This document shows positions 14,047 through 24,307 of a stretch of 46,125 bases of DNA, piece after piece. The position numbers were made by a program, and so were the translations under genes. The stretch is from Puniceicoccales bacterium (GTDB taxonomy: Bacteria > Verrucomicrobiota > Verrucomicrobiia > Opitutales > JAIRLM01). How positions within the stretch are numbered: position 1 is the first letter of the stretch; each line of letters opens with the position of its first letter. The notes under the pieces were generated by a model. That model saw nothing but the letters and a program-made list of their open reading frames with translations. It was not told the origin of the DNA and did no database searches. Where the stretch lies: contig JAIRMB010000061.1 in NCBI GenBank assembly GCA_031258995.1, forward strand, positions 1-46,125. The letters run 5' to 3'.

Positions 14047-14781
14047 ATGTCGAAATATTCGCCATCACTTCTTGCCGTTAAGGGTCTATCTGTCTCATTT
14101 TGGGACAGACGTAGTGGAAATTTTACCAACGTATTAAAAAATGTGCATTTGCACATTTGCGCAGGCCAAACCCTAGCCCTCACCGGCGCCAGTGGCAGCG
14201 GCAAGTCCACGATAGCTCTCTCCATCGGGCGACTTCTGCCGCCGGAAGCCAGACTAAAAGGGGATATTGTATTTGAAGGGAAGGAGATACAAAATTTGGC
14301 GAAATCGGAACTGCGCCGCATCCGGGGCCGCAAGATCACCTACGTATTTCAAGAGCCCATGGCCTGCTTCAACCCCTCCATAGCAGTTGGCAATCAAATT
14401 TTAGAGTGTATCCTATTACATCAAAAAAACTTAAAAAAGAAAGCGGCACGCCACTGCACTTTAGACTGGCTTGAGAAACTCCAATTGCCTGACCCCCTTC
14501 GAATTTTTCGAAGCTACCCTAACGAACTAAGTGGTGGGATGTTACAGCGAGCCATGCTGGCCATGGCCCTCTGCAATGGACCTTCTTTGTTGATCGCGGA
14601 CGAACCGACCAGTGCACTCGATGAAAAATCTTGTCGTGCAGTTGTAGGACAGATCCAACGTCTTCGAGCGGAGCTTTCGTTTTCTATGCTTTTTGTTACG
14701 CACAATATCTCACTTGCAGAACATCTTGCGGATGAAATCGTCCTGTTGAAGGACGGAATAGTCCGATCAAGTCCGCAATGA
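14047..14781 (+). CDS. ABC transporter ATP-binding protein (DppD/OppD-like)
   Basis: Walker A GASGSGKST, FQEPMACFNPS (peptide/nickel-type signature region), LSGGMLQR, and Walker B LLIADEPTSALD. Confidence 0.85.
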   Translation: MSKYSPSLLAVKGLSVSFWDRRSGNFTNVLKNVHLHICAGQTLALTGASGSGKSTIALSIGRLLPPEARLKGDIVFEGKEIQNLAKSELRRIRGRKITYVFQEPMACFNPSIAVGNQILECILLHQKNLKKKAARHCTLDWLEKLQLPDPLRIFRSYPNELSGGMLQRAMLAMALCNGPSLLIADEPTSALDEKSCRAVVGQIQRLRAELSFSMLFVTHNISLAEHLADEIVLLKDGIVRSSPQ

Positions 14782-14794
14782 AAATTCCTTAGCC

Positions 14795-15574
14795 ATGCAA
14801 AAGTATGCACGTTGCTCACAAGAGCTTGCCATTCAGAATGGTACCGTCTGCTATAATTTTCGTCGGGGCATCCAAAAAAAGGAACGTATTGCAGTATTAA
14901 AAAACGTTTCCCTTGCGGTTCTCTCGGGAGAATGTCTCGGACTAATCGGAGTAAGCGGTAGCGGAAAAAGTACGCTCGGCCGCTGTTTAGCTCGTCTGCA
15001 AAAACTTACAATTGGGACGGTCTTTCTTGCTGGCCAGCCCGCCCTTTCGTATCCTGCCAAAACTTTTCATCGTAAAGTGCAAATGATTTTTCAATCGCCA
15101 GCCGAGGCCCTAGATCCGAGCCAATCGGTTCACTCCATCCTTTCTGAACCGCTCCACATTCATTTCCCCGCAATGGACCGACGCGACAGGGATCGACGTA
15201 TTTTCGAATTGCTAGACGTTGTGCACCTTAGTTCATCACTACTGGACAATAGGCCTCCGACGCTCAGCGGAGGCCAACGGCAACGTGTGGCCATAGCGCG
15301 CGCCCTGGCTGTTGATCCGGAATTTTTGATTTGCGATGAAGTGGCAAGTGCCCTTGACACAACAACAAAGAGAGAAATCTTTCACCTTCTGGCAACACTG
15401 CAGAGAGCTAATGGGATAGGTATTTTATTTATTTCACACGACACCAGCGCTATACACCAACTTTGTTCCCGTGCCGTGACCCTCCACGAAGGAGAACCCC
15501 TTTGCGCCGCACCGTCTTCCTACAAAACCGAAGCGGAGCCGGAAGATCCCGCGGCAACCGCCTCTGCCCCATGA
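14795..15574 (+). CDS. ABC transporter ATP-binding protein (DppF/OppF-like)
   Basis: Walker A GVSGSGKST, LSGGQRQRVAIARAL, and Walker B FLICDEVASALD. The 3' end overlaps the rplQ 3' end convergently. Confidence 0.85.
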   Translation: MQKYARCSQELAIQNGTVCYNFRRGIQKKERIAVLKNVSLAVLSGECLGLIGVSGSGKSTLGRCLARLQKLTIGTVFLAGQPALSYPAKTFHRKVQMIFQSPAEALDPSQSVHSILSEPLHIHFPAMDRRDRDRRIFELLDVVHLSSSLLDNRPPTLSGGQRQRVAIARALAVDPEFLICDEVASALDTTTKREIFHLLATLQRANGIGILFISHDTSAIHQLCSRAVTLHEGEPLCAAPSSYKTEAEPEDPAATASAP

Positions 15575-16008
15575 TCTTGGAGCCGCAAATTTTTTCGAGA
15601 CCGCGAGTGCTTCCGGTAACCACGATCGTCCGCCGGAACGAGCTCAATGGTAGCCATCTTTGCGGCATCCCCCCGCCGAGGAATGAACTTATAGATTCTC
15701 GTATAGCCACCGGGACGATCGCGAAATGTCTCCGCATGAACGGAAAAGAGCATTTTCACGGCTTCTTGATTTCGCACGCGCGCGACAGCCATGCGGCGAT
15801 AGTGCAACTTTACTTCGGGCCGTTCCGCGCGTAACGCCTTGCAGGATAGCGTAATAATTCTCTCAGCAAAAGGCCTCAGGGCCTTAGCTTTAGCGAGTGT
15901 AGTGCGAATAGTATTATGGCGAAACAAAGCGGCACAGAGGCCAGCCAAAAGCGAAGCACGGTGCTCCTTTTTTACCCCAAGTTGAAAAGAATGCTTTCTG
16001 TGACGCAT
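15520..16008 (-). CDS. rplQ: 50S ribosomal protein L17
   Basis: MRHRKHSFQLG... N-terminus, downstream of rpoA. 162 aa with a C-terminal extension. Confidence 0.9.
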   Translation of the reverse strand: MRHRKHSFQLGVKKEHRASLLAGLCAALFRHNTIRTTLAKAKALRPFAERIITLSCKALRAERPEVKLHYRRMAVARVRNQEAVKMLFSVHAETFRDRPGGYTRIYKFIPRRGDAAKMATIELVPADDRGYRKHSRSRKNLRLQDHGAEAVAAGSSGSASVL

Positions 16009-16035
16009 AATATTAGCCCTCCAATGATAACAGCC

Positions 16036-17016
16036 TTACGGGTAATCTTCTATCTTCATGCCCAGCGAAAGTCCCAAATCTTCCAGGCGGTTTTTAATTT
16101 CCGTGAGCGATTTTTTTCCAAAATTCCTATAGCGTAGCATCTCACTTTCACTTTTAGAAGCTAACTCTCCAACTGTTAATATATTCGCATTATTCAGGCA
16201 ATTGGCCGCTCGAACGGAAAGTTCGATCTCATTGACACTCATGGAAAGCAACCTTTGCAATCTATTTTGGTCGCCATCGCAAGTACGCTCCGAATGCTGA
16301 AAAGTGATTTCCTCGTCGAAGAGGTCGTCGAACACCTGAAGGTGGTGCCGCAGAATTGCAACAGCCTCTACGAGAGCCTCTTGAGGCGACACACGACTGT
16401 CCGTCGTAATATCCAAAGAAAGGCGATCATAGTCCGTCCGCTGGCCCACGCGCGCGCCCTCGACGGAATAATTTACTTTACGAACGGGTCCAAATGAGGA
16501 ATCCAAAGGAATTCCACCTTCTACGCCATCCAACTTTTCATTCTCCTCCGCAAGACGATAACCACGACCGCGATTCAACCGCATCTCACAGTGGAACCGT
16601 GCACGCGACTCCATATGAAAAAGCTCATACTCAGGATTAAGGACTAAAACGTCGGACGGAACAGTGATATCCTTCGCGCGAACGACATCCTTTCCTGCCG
16701 CGGACAAAGAGAGAATTCTCGTTTCCCGGGCGTTACTCTTAAATAGCACCTTTTTAAAATTGAAAATGATCTCCGACACATCTTCCAAAATGCCAGGGAT
16801 CGTTTGAAACTCATGCTGCACCCCATCGATGCGCACATTCGTAAGTGCCACGCCCTCAATGGCCCCCAACAAAATCCGCCGCAAGGTATTCCCAATGCTA
16901 CGGCCGAAACCGGACTCAAATGGCTCTGCGACGAAACAGGCAAACGTCGCCGTCGCAGAATTTTCCACCTTCGCCAGGCGCGTTGGAAGCTCAAATTTTC
17001 CTAAAGTTCTGGTCAT
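16036..17016 (-). CDS. rpoA: DNA-directed RNA polymerase subunit alpha
   Basis: 326 aa. GNTLRRILL motif, C-terminal domain ELSVRAANCLNNANILTVGEL, and alpha-operon synteny. Confidence 0.95.
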   Translation of the reverse strand: MTRTLGKFELPTRLAKVENSATATFACFVAEPFESGFGRSIGNTLRRILLGAIEGVALTNVRIDGVQHEFQTIPGILEDVSEIIFNFKKVLFKSNARETRILSLSAAGKDVVRAKDITVPSDVLVLNPEYELFHMESRARFHCEMRLNRGRGYRLAEENEKLDGVEGGIPLDSSFGPVRKVNYSVEGARVGQRTDYDRLSLDITTDSRVSPQEALVEAVAILRHHLQVFDDLFDEEITFQHSERTCDGDQNRLQRLLSMSVNEIELSVRAANCLNNANILTVGELASKSESEMLRYRNFGKKSLTEIKNRLEDLGLSLGMKIEDYP

Positions 17017-17033
17017 CGCTCTCTCCGGTACTA

Positions 17034-17642
17034 TTAGCGACTGTAAAATTCAACGATGATCTGCTCATTGACGGCTAGCGCAATTTCTTCCCGCGTCGGG
17101 GCACGAAGGACAGTGCAGGACAAAGCATTAGAATCCGTCTGCAGCCACACGGGGACGACCCGATAGCGAGTGTCTTCCAAATTTCTCATAATGAGGTGTC
17201 TAGTCGGATCAGACGAACGCACCGTGATCTGGTCCGCCTGGCAGCAGGTATAGCTGGGAATATCCACCTTCTGGCCATTTACCAAAAAGTGGCCATGGCC
17301 AACCATTTGGCGCGCTGCACGGCGAGTCCGCGCAAATCCGGCTAGAAAAACGACGCTGTCGAGCCGCATCTCCAGGGAGCTTAAAAACACCTCCCCGGTA
17401 ATCCCTTTTGCTCGTTTGGCTCGCTCAAATGTTAGCCGAAACTGCCTCTCAGTCAGACCATAATAAATGCGGGCTTTCTGCTTTTCATTAAGGCCTATGC
17501 CATACTCGGAAACCTTACGGCGTAGCCGCTGGCCGTGTATGCCGGGTAAATAGGAGCGGCGCTCAAAAGCCTTATTAGGCGGAAAGATCGCAATACCGCA
17601 GCGACGATTAATACGCGTTTTGGGTCCTGTATAGCGAGACAT
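17034..17642 (-). CDS. rpsD: 30S ribosomal protein S4
   Basis: MSRYTGPKTRINRR..., 202 aa, synteny. Confidence 0.95.
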   Translation of the reverse strand: MSRYTGPKTRINRRCGIAIFPPNKAFERRSYLPGIHGQRLRRKVSEYGIGLNEKQKARIYYGLTERQFRLTFERAKRAKGITGEVFLSSLEMRLDSVVFLAGFARTRRAARQMVGHGHFLVNGQKVDIPSYTCCQADQITVRSSDPTRHLIMRNLEDTRYRVVPVWLQTDSNALSCTVLRAPTREEIALAVNEQIIVEFYSR

Positions 17643-17692
17643 CGTGATAAACCTTCAGAAATGGTGGGCGACTAACCCAATTAGTATCAAAA

Positions 17693-18205
17693 TTAGGGAC
17701 GCCGAGGACGCCGAGGACGGCAGCCATTATGCGGAAGCGGAGTCACATCACAAATGCTGCTGATTTGCAAGTCCAAGGTTTGTAAAGCCCTCACGGCCGC
17801 ATCGCGGCCCGGCCCCGGCCCCTTGAGACGCACATCCAATTCTTTCAATCCGTGCGCCATGGCTGCCCGCGCAGCATCTTGTGCAGCAACCTGTGCGGCA
17901 TAGGCGGTCGACTTTCGCGATCCGCGGAAGTTGTTTTTGCCAGCACTTGACCAGGAGAGAACCGCGCCATTGGCATCGCTGATGGAAATTTTTGTGTTGT
18001 TAAAAGTGGCTAATACGTGACAAACGCCCGCGCTGACATTTTTGCATTTTTTTGCGCGCCGAATTTTTACCTCGTTTCCAAGATCACCCTGCAGCAACTC
18101 TTCTGCCGTCAGCGGCCTAGGCTTCGTGGATTGACCAACAGTCCCGCCATTTTCTGCCTCCGCGGCGCCCGAGTGGACAACGGCTTCCGTTCCATTATTC
18201 TTCAT
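17693..18205 (-). CDS. rpsK: 30S ribosomal protein S11 (with roughly 40-aa N-terminal extension)
   Basis: S11 core [21 protein letters not shown]...[11 protein letters not shown]...; 170-aa ORF. Confidence 0.9.
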   Translation of the reverse strand: MKNNGTEAVVHSGAAEAENGGTVGQSTKPRPLTAEELLQGDLGNEVKIRRAKKCKNVSAGVCHVLATFNNTKISISDANGAVLSWSSAGKNNFRGSRKSTAYAAQVAAQDAARAAMAHGLKELDVRLKGPGPGRDAAVRALQTLDLQISSICDVTPLPHNGCRPRRPRRP

Positions 18206-18233
18206 ATTTCTCTCCCGCAGGGCCCCGTACTGT

Positions 18234-18611
18234 TCATTCTTTACCTCGAACTACTCCAATTGTCTTTCGAGCTCCCCGTCTCGTTCTGGCATTTGACGAC
18301 GTGCGCTGGCCGCGGACGGGCAGACCTCTATAATGCCGTATTCCTCTATAGCAGCGAATATTTTGCAAACGCTTGATATTCGCTATTATCTCGCGACGCA
18401 GATCGCCCTCCAACTTAAAACCGCGAGCAACACAAATGCTCATAATTTTGTTAATGTCCTGCTCGGTCAATTCGCGAGCTCGCGTACTTTCGTCGAAGCC
18501 AGCCTCCTGAACAATGGACGCAGCACGTGTAGGCCCGATCCCGTACACATAGCGCAACGCAAACGCAACCTTTTTCTCTCCAGGTATATCTGTTCCAAAA
18601 ATTCGAGGCAT
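18234..18611 (-). CDS. rpsM: 30S ribosomal protein S13
   Basis: [26 protein letters not shown]..., 125 aa. Confidence 0.95.
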   Translation of the reverse strand: MPRIFGTDIPGEKKVAFALRYVYGIGPTRAASIVQEAGFDESTRARELTEQDINKIMSICVARGFKLEGDLRREIIANIKRLQNIRCYRGIRHYRGLPVRGQRTSSNARTRRGARKTIGVVRGKE

Positions 18612-18660
18612 TTTCCCTGCTCCACTCCTGCACGCACCAACCGCAGCTTCCTCTACGAAA

Positions 18661-19428
18661 CTAATTTTTTAGCGCTGTCAAGATTTCCGGGCCACTTTTT
18701 GTGACGGCAACCGTATGCTCAAAATGTGCCGCGAATTTTCCGTCCGCCGTACGCACTGTCCACCCGTCCTCCGAAAAAACGAGCGCATCACCGCCCAACA
18801 GGAACATGGGCTCAATCGCTAAAGTCATACCCTCGCGCAACACGGGGCCGGTCCCCTTCCGTCCCCAGTTAGGTATGGCCGGCTCTTCATGCATCTCTCT
18901 ACCAATGCCATGGCCAGTGAGCTCACGTACTACGGACAGCCTATATTTTTTGGCATAACTTTCGATGGTCTCAGAAATATCGCCAACCCGATTCCCAGGC
19001 ACGGCCACGGCTATTCCCTCATAAAGAGCGGCTTCCGTAGCTTTCAGAAGAAGATTCACCTCCGACGGAACGGCGCCAACGGCAACCGTACGGGTAGAAT
19101 CCCCCATAAACCCGCCCAAACGACCAACTAAGTCAATACTGAGGATATCACCTGCATAAACCTTCCGCCCGGGAGACGGTATTCCATGAACAACTTCATC
19201 ATTAATGGAAAAACACGCGTGGGCGGGAAATGGACATGTGCGACCGGCATAGCCCAAACTCGCGCTCTCTGCGCCACGAATTTTAAACTCTTGCGCAACA
19301 ATTTGATCTAAGTCCCACGTGGAAACTCCCGGCGCGACCGCCCTACAAACCACGTCGAGCACTTCGGCGGTCGCACGACCTACTCGCCGCATGGCCTCCA
19401 TTTCCTCCTCCGTTTTCACGGAAATCAT
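18661..19428 (-). CDS. map: methionine aminopeptidase, type I
   Basis: [17 protein letters not shown]... with the metal ligands pattern (D..D, H, E, E). The ATG at 19428 overlaps the secY TGA as ATGA. The ORF-track start at 19539 would lie inside secY. Confidence 0.9.
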   Translation of the reverse strand: MISVKTEEEMEAMRRVGRATAEVLDVVCRAVAPGVSTWDLDQIVAQEFKIRGAESASLGYAGRTCPFPAHACFSINDEVVHGIPSPGRKVYAGDILSIDLVGRLGGFMGDSTRTVAVGAVPSEVNLLLKATEAALYEGIAVAVPGNRVGDISETIESYAKKYRLSVVRELTGHGIGREMHEEPAIPNWGRKGTGPVLREGMTLAIEPMFLLGGDALVFSEDGWTVRTADGKFAAHFEHTVAVTKSGPEILTALKN

Positions 19429-20939
19429 GCGCGCGATCTCCATAGTACGCGCACTACTCCGGCAACTGCGCCAAGCCCGACGGCTGCAACAACAATGAGC
19501 AACAGCAGCCGTGAATCTTTCTTGCCTCCTCCGTCCCACAGGGCAACTCGCACGCTGCGTCCGCCACGTCCCTTACGTAAAAATGTATCATAATTTCGCT
19601 GGACCAGATAAGATTCGATCTGCCGCATCATTTCTAGAACAACACCAACGGTAATCAGCGTACCCGTCCCGCCAAAAAATAAAGCGACTCCATAGGGAAT
19701 ATGAATAGAGAAGTATAAAAAATCAGGCAAAAGAGCGATCAATGTTAGGAAAATAGCACCGGCAAAGGTAAGTCGCGTCATGATAACGTCCAAGAATCGA
19801 GCCGTAGGCATGCCGGGGCGAACGCTGGGAACATAGCCGCCATTTTTTTTCAACTCATCGGCCACTTGCGCCGGATGAAACATCAGCGACACCCATAGGT
19901 AACTGAAGGCGAAGATCAAAACTCCATAGACGACGTAGTAGGTGCCAGAGCCCTGCGAAAGGTGATAGGCAACCGATTGAAAAAATCGAATTCCTGTCGC
20001 CGCACCAAGATAGGCAAAAATTTGCTGAGGAAAAAGCAGCAGTGCACTAGCAAAGATGATAGGCATAACGCCGGAATAATTCACCTTCAACGGCAAGAAT
20101 GCGTTCCCTCCAGCGTACATACGATTTCCCACGACCCGCTTAGCGTATTGGATCGGAATTTTTCGCTCCCCCTGGGTGACGGCAATCATAGCTAAAATCA
20201 CAGCTAACAGCAAAGCAGCCATAGTCAGGACAATAAGGACAACGAGTCCCCCGCTGGCAAACCGAGAGCCATTGCCGCGGAAAATGTGTAAAACCTGACA
20301 GAGGCTGCGGGGCATGGCGGACAAAATGCCAACGACGATCAGTACAGAAATTCCACTGCCAATGCCATAGCGAGAAATTTGATCGCCCAGCCAAACTAGA
20401 ATCATCGTACCCGATGTGAGGAAAAGTGTCGCGGAAAAAAAGAACCAACCGCGACCGGCAACAACAATTTCTCCGTATCTCCCGACGTCAAATCCGGGAA
20501 AGAGCTTGCCGGGATAGTTTGCCAGTGCGCCGACGAGCAAAAACCCTTGTACCAAACAGATAAGAAGTGTTAAATATCTGGTATATTGAGCAAGGCGCTG
20601 CCTACCGGCATCGCCTTCTTGCTGCAAACGGGCAAGGGAAGGAACCGCGGCACCGAGCAATTGCATAACGATAGACGCGCTAATGTAGGGCATAATGCCG
20701 AGGCCAAATATGGCACCCTTAAGGAATGCTCCACCGGTAAACATATTGTAGAGACCAACGAGGCCGCCACCTCGCGCGGGGGCGGACTGATCTATGAAAA
20801 AGTACCTAAGCGGCAGCGGGTCCAAACCGGGGAGAGGGATGATTGCGCCTATGCGGGCGACGAAAACGACAAACAACGTAAAAAAGAAGCGACGACGCAA
20901 ATCCGGAACGGCAAAAATTTTGGCAAAAGCCTGCTTCAC
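19425..20939 (-). CDS. secY: preprotein translocase subunit SecY (with extra C-terminal hydrophobic extension)
   Basis: 504 aa, multi-pass. GIMPYISASI motif, spc-operon position after rplO. Confidence 0.95.
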   Translation of the reverse strand: MKQAFAKIFAVPDLRRRFFFTLFVVFVARIGAIIPLPGLDPLPLRYFFIDQSAPARGGGLVGLYNMFTGGAFLKGAIFGLGIMPYISASIVMQLLGAAVPSLARLQQEGDAGRQRLAQYTRYLTLLICLVQGFLLVGALANYPGKLFPGFDVGRYGEIVVAGRGWFFFSATLFLTSGTMILVWLGDQISRYGIGSGISVLIVVGILSAMPRSLCQVLHIFRGNGSRFASGGLVVLIVLTMAALLLAVILAMIAVTQGERKIPIQYAKRVVGNRMYAGGNAFLPLKVNYSGVMPIIFASALLLFPQQIFAYLGAATGIRFFQSVAYHLSQGSGTYYVVYGVLIFAFSYLWVSLMFHPAQVADELKKNGGYVPSVRPGMPTARFLDVIMTRLTFAGAIFLTLIALLPDFLYFSIHIPYGVALFFGGTGTLITVGVVLEMMRQIESYLVQRNYDTFLRKGRGGRSVRVALWDGGGKKDSRLLLLIVVAAVGLGAVAGVVRVLWRSRA

Positions 20940-21409
20940 GGCATCGATCCCATTTTTTCATCCGTTTCTTGTCCAACACAAATAGCCACCCCTCCAGCAT
21001 TCTGAATGGAGCGTCGCGCACCGGCCGAAAAACCATTCGCCTGAACGGAAATCGCATTCGGCAACTGCGCATCGCCGATGATTTTATACCTACGATCCGC
21101 GGACGAAAGAAGTCCTTTTGTTTTTAAATACATGCCATCTATCTTCATAATGCCCTCGTCTAGAACGGCGATCAACCTACGAAGCGGCACTTGGACGGGA
21201 CGCAGATGAGACCGCACCCGCGAAAAACCACGCACGGGAAGCTTGCGGTACCAAGGAATCCCCGACGTTACCGGAGAAACGTGATAGCCGGACCTAGCCT
21301 TGGCTCCCTTGTTTCCCTTGCCGGCCGTCTTCCCGAGACCGGAACTTTCCCCGCGACCACACCGCCGGCGTTTCCGGTCTGTCGAGGCGGGAATTTCATG
21401 CAATTTCAT
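20936..21409 (-). CDS. rplO: 50S ribosomal protein L15
   Basis: MKLHEI...RRCGRGESSGLGKTAGKGNKG...; synteny. Confidence 0.95.
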   Translation of the reverse strand: MKLHEIPASTDRKRRRCGRGESSGLGKTAGKGNKGAKARSGYHVSPVTSGIPWYRKLPVRGFSRVRSHLRPVQVPLRRLIAVLDEGIMKIDGMYLKTKGLLSSADRRYKIIGDAQLPNAISVQANGFSAGARRSIQNAGGVAICVGQETDEKMGSMP

Positions 21410-21990
21410 GGCAAAACCTCCTCCACTCGTGCGTCCGCCAGTTCCGATTCACGGATCACTTCATGCTTTCGCAAGGCACGAATCTCTTCGGGCGAAGATA
21501 ATTGATCGAGGGCGTTAATCGTCGCACGCACGATGGCATGGGGATTGCTGGACCGCATGGATTTTGAGAGAACATTGCGTACGCCAACGACCTCCAAGGC
21601 AGCACGAACGCCACCGCCGGCCACAACGCCCGTACCATCAGATGCTGGTCGCAGCAGCACGCACCCGCCATCCGCGCGACCGATGACACGGTATGGTATG
21701 GTTCCGTTGCGCAAAGCGAAAGGGCGCAAACTTTTCCGTGCATGTTCCGTCGCTTTCCGGACGGCTTCAGGCACTTCATGCGCCCTGCCCGTCCCCATGC
21801 CGAGACGCCCATTTCGATCCCCCACCACCACGAGCGCGGAAAAACTGAACCGGCGTCCACCTTTCATCACCTTAGAGCAGCGACCAATATGCACCACTTT
21901 CTCTTCAAGTTCGGGCGTATTTTTTTCACCGCCTCCAGCTGCCGGAGTCCGCCTTTCCCTTGAAAAATGTCGTCTTGCTCTCGTATCCAT
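21406..21990 (-). CDS. rpsE: 30S ribosomal protein S5
   Basis: VVHIGRCSKVMKGGRRFSFSALVVVGDRNGRLGMGTGRAHEVPEAVRKA; 194 aa. Confidence 0.95.
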   Translation of the reverse strand: MDTRARRHFSRERRTPAAGGGEKNTPELEEKVVHIGRCSKVMKGGRRFSFSALVVVGDRNGRLGMGTGRAHEVPEAVRKATEHARKSLRPFALRNGTIPYRVIGRADGGCVLLRPASDGTGVVAGGGVRAALEVVGVRNVLSKSMRSSNPHAIVRATINALDQLSSPEEIRALRKHEVIRESELADARVEEVLP

Positions 21991-21993
21991 CTA

Positions 21994-22377
21994 CTAAAAC
22001 TCCAGCCCGCAGCCCCTGGCTGCATCCGCAAAGGCTTCCACGCAGCCATGATATTTTCGAGCTCCTCTGTCAAAAATTACCCGTTTTATCCCGGCCTCCT
22101 GTGCCCGCACGGCTAACACGCCACCCAGTATTTTCGCTCCGACGACATTCGCCCGCACACCCTTCTCTGGCTCGGCCACCGTCATAAGGGAGGATGCGGA
22201 AACGAGTGTAATCGCCCGGCAATCGTCGATGCACTGCGCATAGATATGCCTATTGGAAAAACGCACGCACAAGCGGGGCCGAACGCCCGTCCCCGAGACA
22301 CGCGCGCGCACACGCCACCGCCGCTTGCGCGCCAAAATATTTTTACGAACAGGATCCATAAGGTTAACTCTCGCCAC
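21994..22377 (-). CDS. rplR: 50S ribosomal protein L18
   Basis: [20 protein letters not shown]...[22 protein letters not shown]. Confidence 0.95.
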   Translation of the reverse strand: MARVNLMDPVRKNILARKRRWRVRARVSGTGVRPRLCVRFSNRHIYAQCIDDCRAITLVSASSLMTVAEPEKGVRANVVGAKILGGVLAVRAQEAGIKRVIFDRGARKYHGCVEAFADAARGCGLEF

Positions 22378-22380
22378 ATT

Positions 22381-22920
22381 TTAAGCGGATTTTTTACCCT
22401 CCTTACGGCGCACAAACTTGCCCACTATTCGAACGCCCTTCCCTTTGTATGGCTCCATAGGATAGAATGAAAAAATATCGGCCGCGGCTTGCCCAACTTT
22501 TAGCCGATCCGCGCCTTCCACCGTAAGCCGAACGCCATCGGAAATGGCTACCCGGACGCCGAGGGGCAAGGAATAAAAAATGGGATGGGAAGCTCCCAAA
22601 GACAACTCGAGCACGCCCGCATTTTTCTGAGCTGCCTTGAAGCCTACGCCGGAAATTTCCAACTGCTTAGAAAAACCTCGCGTAACTCCAACGATCATGT
22701 TGGCCACAATGGCACGGGCCGTACCTACCATCGCCCTCGCCTGCCTAGAATTTCCGTTTGCACGCAAGCGAAGCCGGCCCTCCTCCATAAAAAGGAGAAC
22801 ATTCTCGCAGAAAGTGAAGGACAGCTCTCCCCCAGAACCACGAACGACAACGGTCGCCCCATTCACTTCCACGGCGACGTTCGCCGGCACCTCAATTGGC
22901 TTTTTTTCTGCTCTACTCAT
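22381..22920 (-). CDS. rplF: 50S ribosomal protein L6
   Basis: MSRAEKKPIEVPANVAVEVNG...GVGFKA...EPYKGKGVR; 179 aa. Confidence 0.95.
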   Translation of the reverse strand: MSRAEKKPIEVPANVAVEVNGATVVVRGSGGELSFTFCENVLLFMEEGRLRLRANGNSRQARAMVGTARAIVANMIVGVTRGFSKQLEISGVGFKAAQKNAGVLELSLGASHPIFYSLPLGVRVAISDGVRLTVEGADRLKVGQAAADIFSFYPMEPYKGKGVRIVGKFVRRKEGKKSA

Positions 22921-22949
22921 CTACGTGCCACATTTGCCACATTAGGATT

Positions 22950-23339
22950 TTACCACACTTCGCACACAACCTCGCCTCCGAGATTCTTCCGGCGCGCTTC
23001 AGAATCGCGCATGAGTCCCGCGGAAGTTGAAATAATTGCAATTCCAAAACCATTCAAAACACGAGGCAAACACTTCGCTTGACAATACAAGCGCCTACCA
23101 GGTTGGCTACAACGGCGGACGGATCGGATTGGAGACTTTCCATTCACGTAGCGCGGCGCTACACGCAACATTCTACGCCCTGGAGCACAAACGCTTTCTT
23201 CATAGACATCCACATAGCCGGCATTTTTTAAAATTCGTGAAATGTCTCTGCGTAAACGGGAAGAAGGCACGACAAAAGACGGCAAGCGTGCCGCGACCGC
23301 ATTACGCAGAACCGTCAAAAAATCTCCGATCGTATCCAT
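22950..23339 (-). CDS. rpsH: 30S ribosomal protein S8
   Basis: The ATG at 23339 gives MDTIGDFLTVLRNAVAARL..., 129 aa. The longer ORF-track start is implausible. Confidence 0.9.
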   Translation of the reverse strand: MDTIGDFLTVLRNAVAARLPSFVVPSSRLRRDISRILKNAGYVDVYEESVCAPGRRMLRVAPRYVNGKSPIRSVRRCSQPGRRLYCQAKCLPRVLNGFGIAIISTSAGLMRDSEARRKNLGGEVVCEVW

Positions 23340-23362
23340 AAAAAATTTCCGTATATCGTTAC

Positions 23363-23668
23363 CTACCAGGAACTCTTTACCACTCCAGGCGCAGACCCAG
23401 AAGCGACCAACTCGCGCAATACCAAACGGGAAACGCCAAACCGACGATAAAACGCACGCGGGCGACCCGTAATAGAGCACCGGTTACGCACACGTACGGC
23501 GGAGGAATTTCGCGGCAGTTTGGCAAGATGCCGCTGCGCCGCAAAAAATTCCTCGTCTTTCGTTTTGGGGTTCGCCAAAATAGTGCGTAACGCCAACCGC
23601 CTAGCAGCAAATCGCTTCGCGAGCCGTATCCGCTTTAAATTTCGCGCAATAGAAGATTTTTTCGCCAT
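23363..23668 (-). CDS. rpsN: 30S ribosomal protein S14 (long, non-zinc form)
   Basis: MAKKSSIARNLKR...RNRCSITGRPRAFYRRFGVSRLVLRE...; 101 aa. Confidence 0.95.
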   Translation of the reverse strand: MAKKSSIARNLKRIRLAKRFAARRLALRTILANPKTKDEEFFAAQRHLAKLPRNSSAVRVRNRCSITGRPRAFYRRFGVSRLVLRELVASGSAPGVVKSSW

Positions 23669-23678
23669 AAGTTCCCTT

Positions 23679-24254
23679 CTAGACCGCAGGGGCTACCGCA
23701 GCACCTTTCTTTTTCACAAACGGCATACCTAAAGACTCCAAGAGATCAAATGCTTCCCGATCGGTCCGGGCTGTCGTTTGAAAGGTGACATCCATCCCGA
23801 CAACTTTTTTATCACGATCCACACTAATCTCCGGAAAAATGCTGTAGTCCCGCACGCCAATCGTAAAGTTCCCATTCCCGTCGAAGCGAGGACTAATTCC
23901 TTGAAAATCGCGTATCATCGGAAGTGCTATCTTTATAAATTTCAGCACAAAATGGTACATCGGACGCCCACGCAGAGTGACTTTCACTCCATTTGGCACG
24001 CCAGCGCGAAGCTTAAAATTGGATATGCTTTTGCGAGCAAGAACAACAACAGGTTTCTGACAAGAAATCTGCGCAACATCTTTTACCAGTTCCTCTATTG
24101 TAAACTTGTCCGCATCCGAACTAATTGCAGAATTTATAACAACCTTCTGCAACGCTGGTATTTCATGCACATTACCATAGCAACGAGCGGCACGAAGTTC
24201 CTCGCGAACGTTCTCTTTATAATAGCGCTGTAACTCCGGCATGTCCATCGTCAA
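23679..24254 (-). CDS. rplE: 50S ribosomal protein L5
   Basis: LQKVVINSAIS...NFKLRAGVPNGVKVTLRG..MY.F; 191 aa; synteny. Confidence 0.95.
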   Translation of the reverse strand: MTMDMPELQRYYKENVREELRAARCYGNVHEIPALQKVVINSAISSDADKFTIEELVKDVAQISCQKPVVVLARKSISNFKLRAGVPNGVKVTLRGRPMYHFVLKFIKIALPMIRDFQGISPRFDGNGNFTIGVRDYSIFPEISVDRDKKVVGMDVTFQTTARTDREAFDLLESLGMPFVKKKGAAVAPAV

Positions 24255-24307
24255 CTACCCCAAAACCTCTAACTCGCCCGCAAACTGAAAGAAGCGGCCC
24301 ATCGTCG

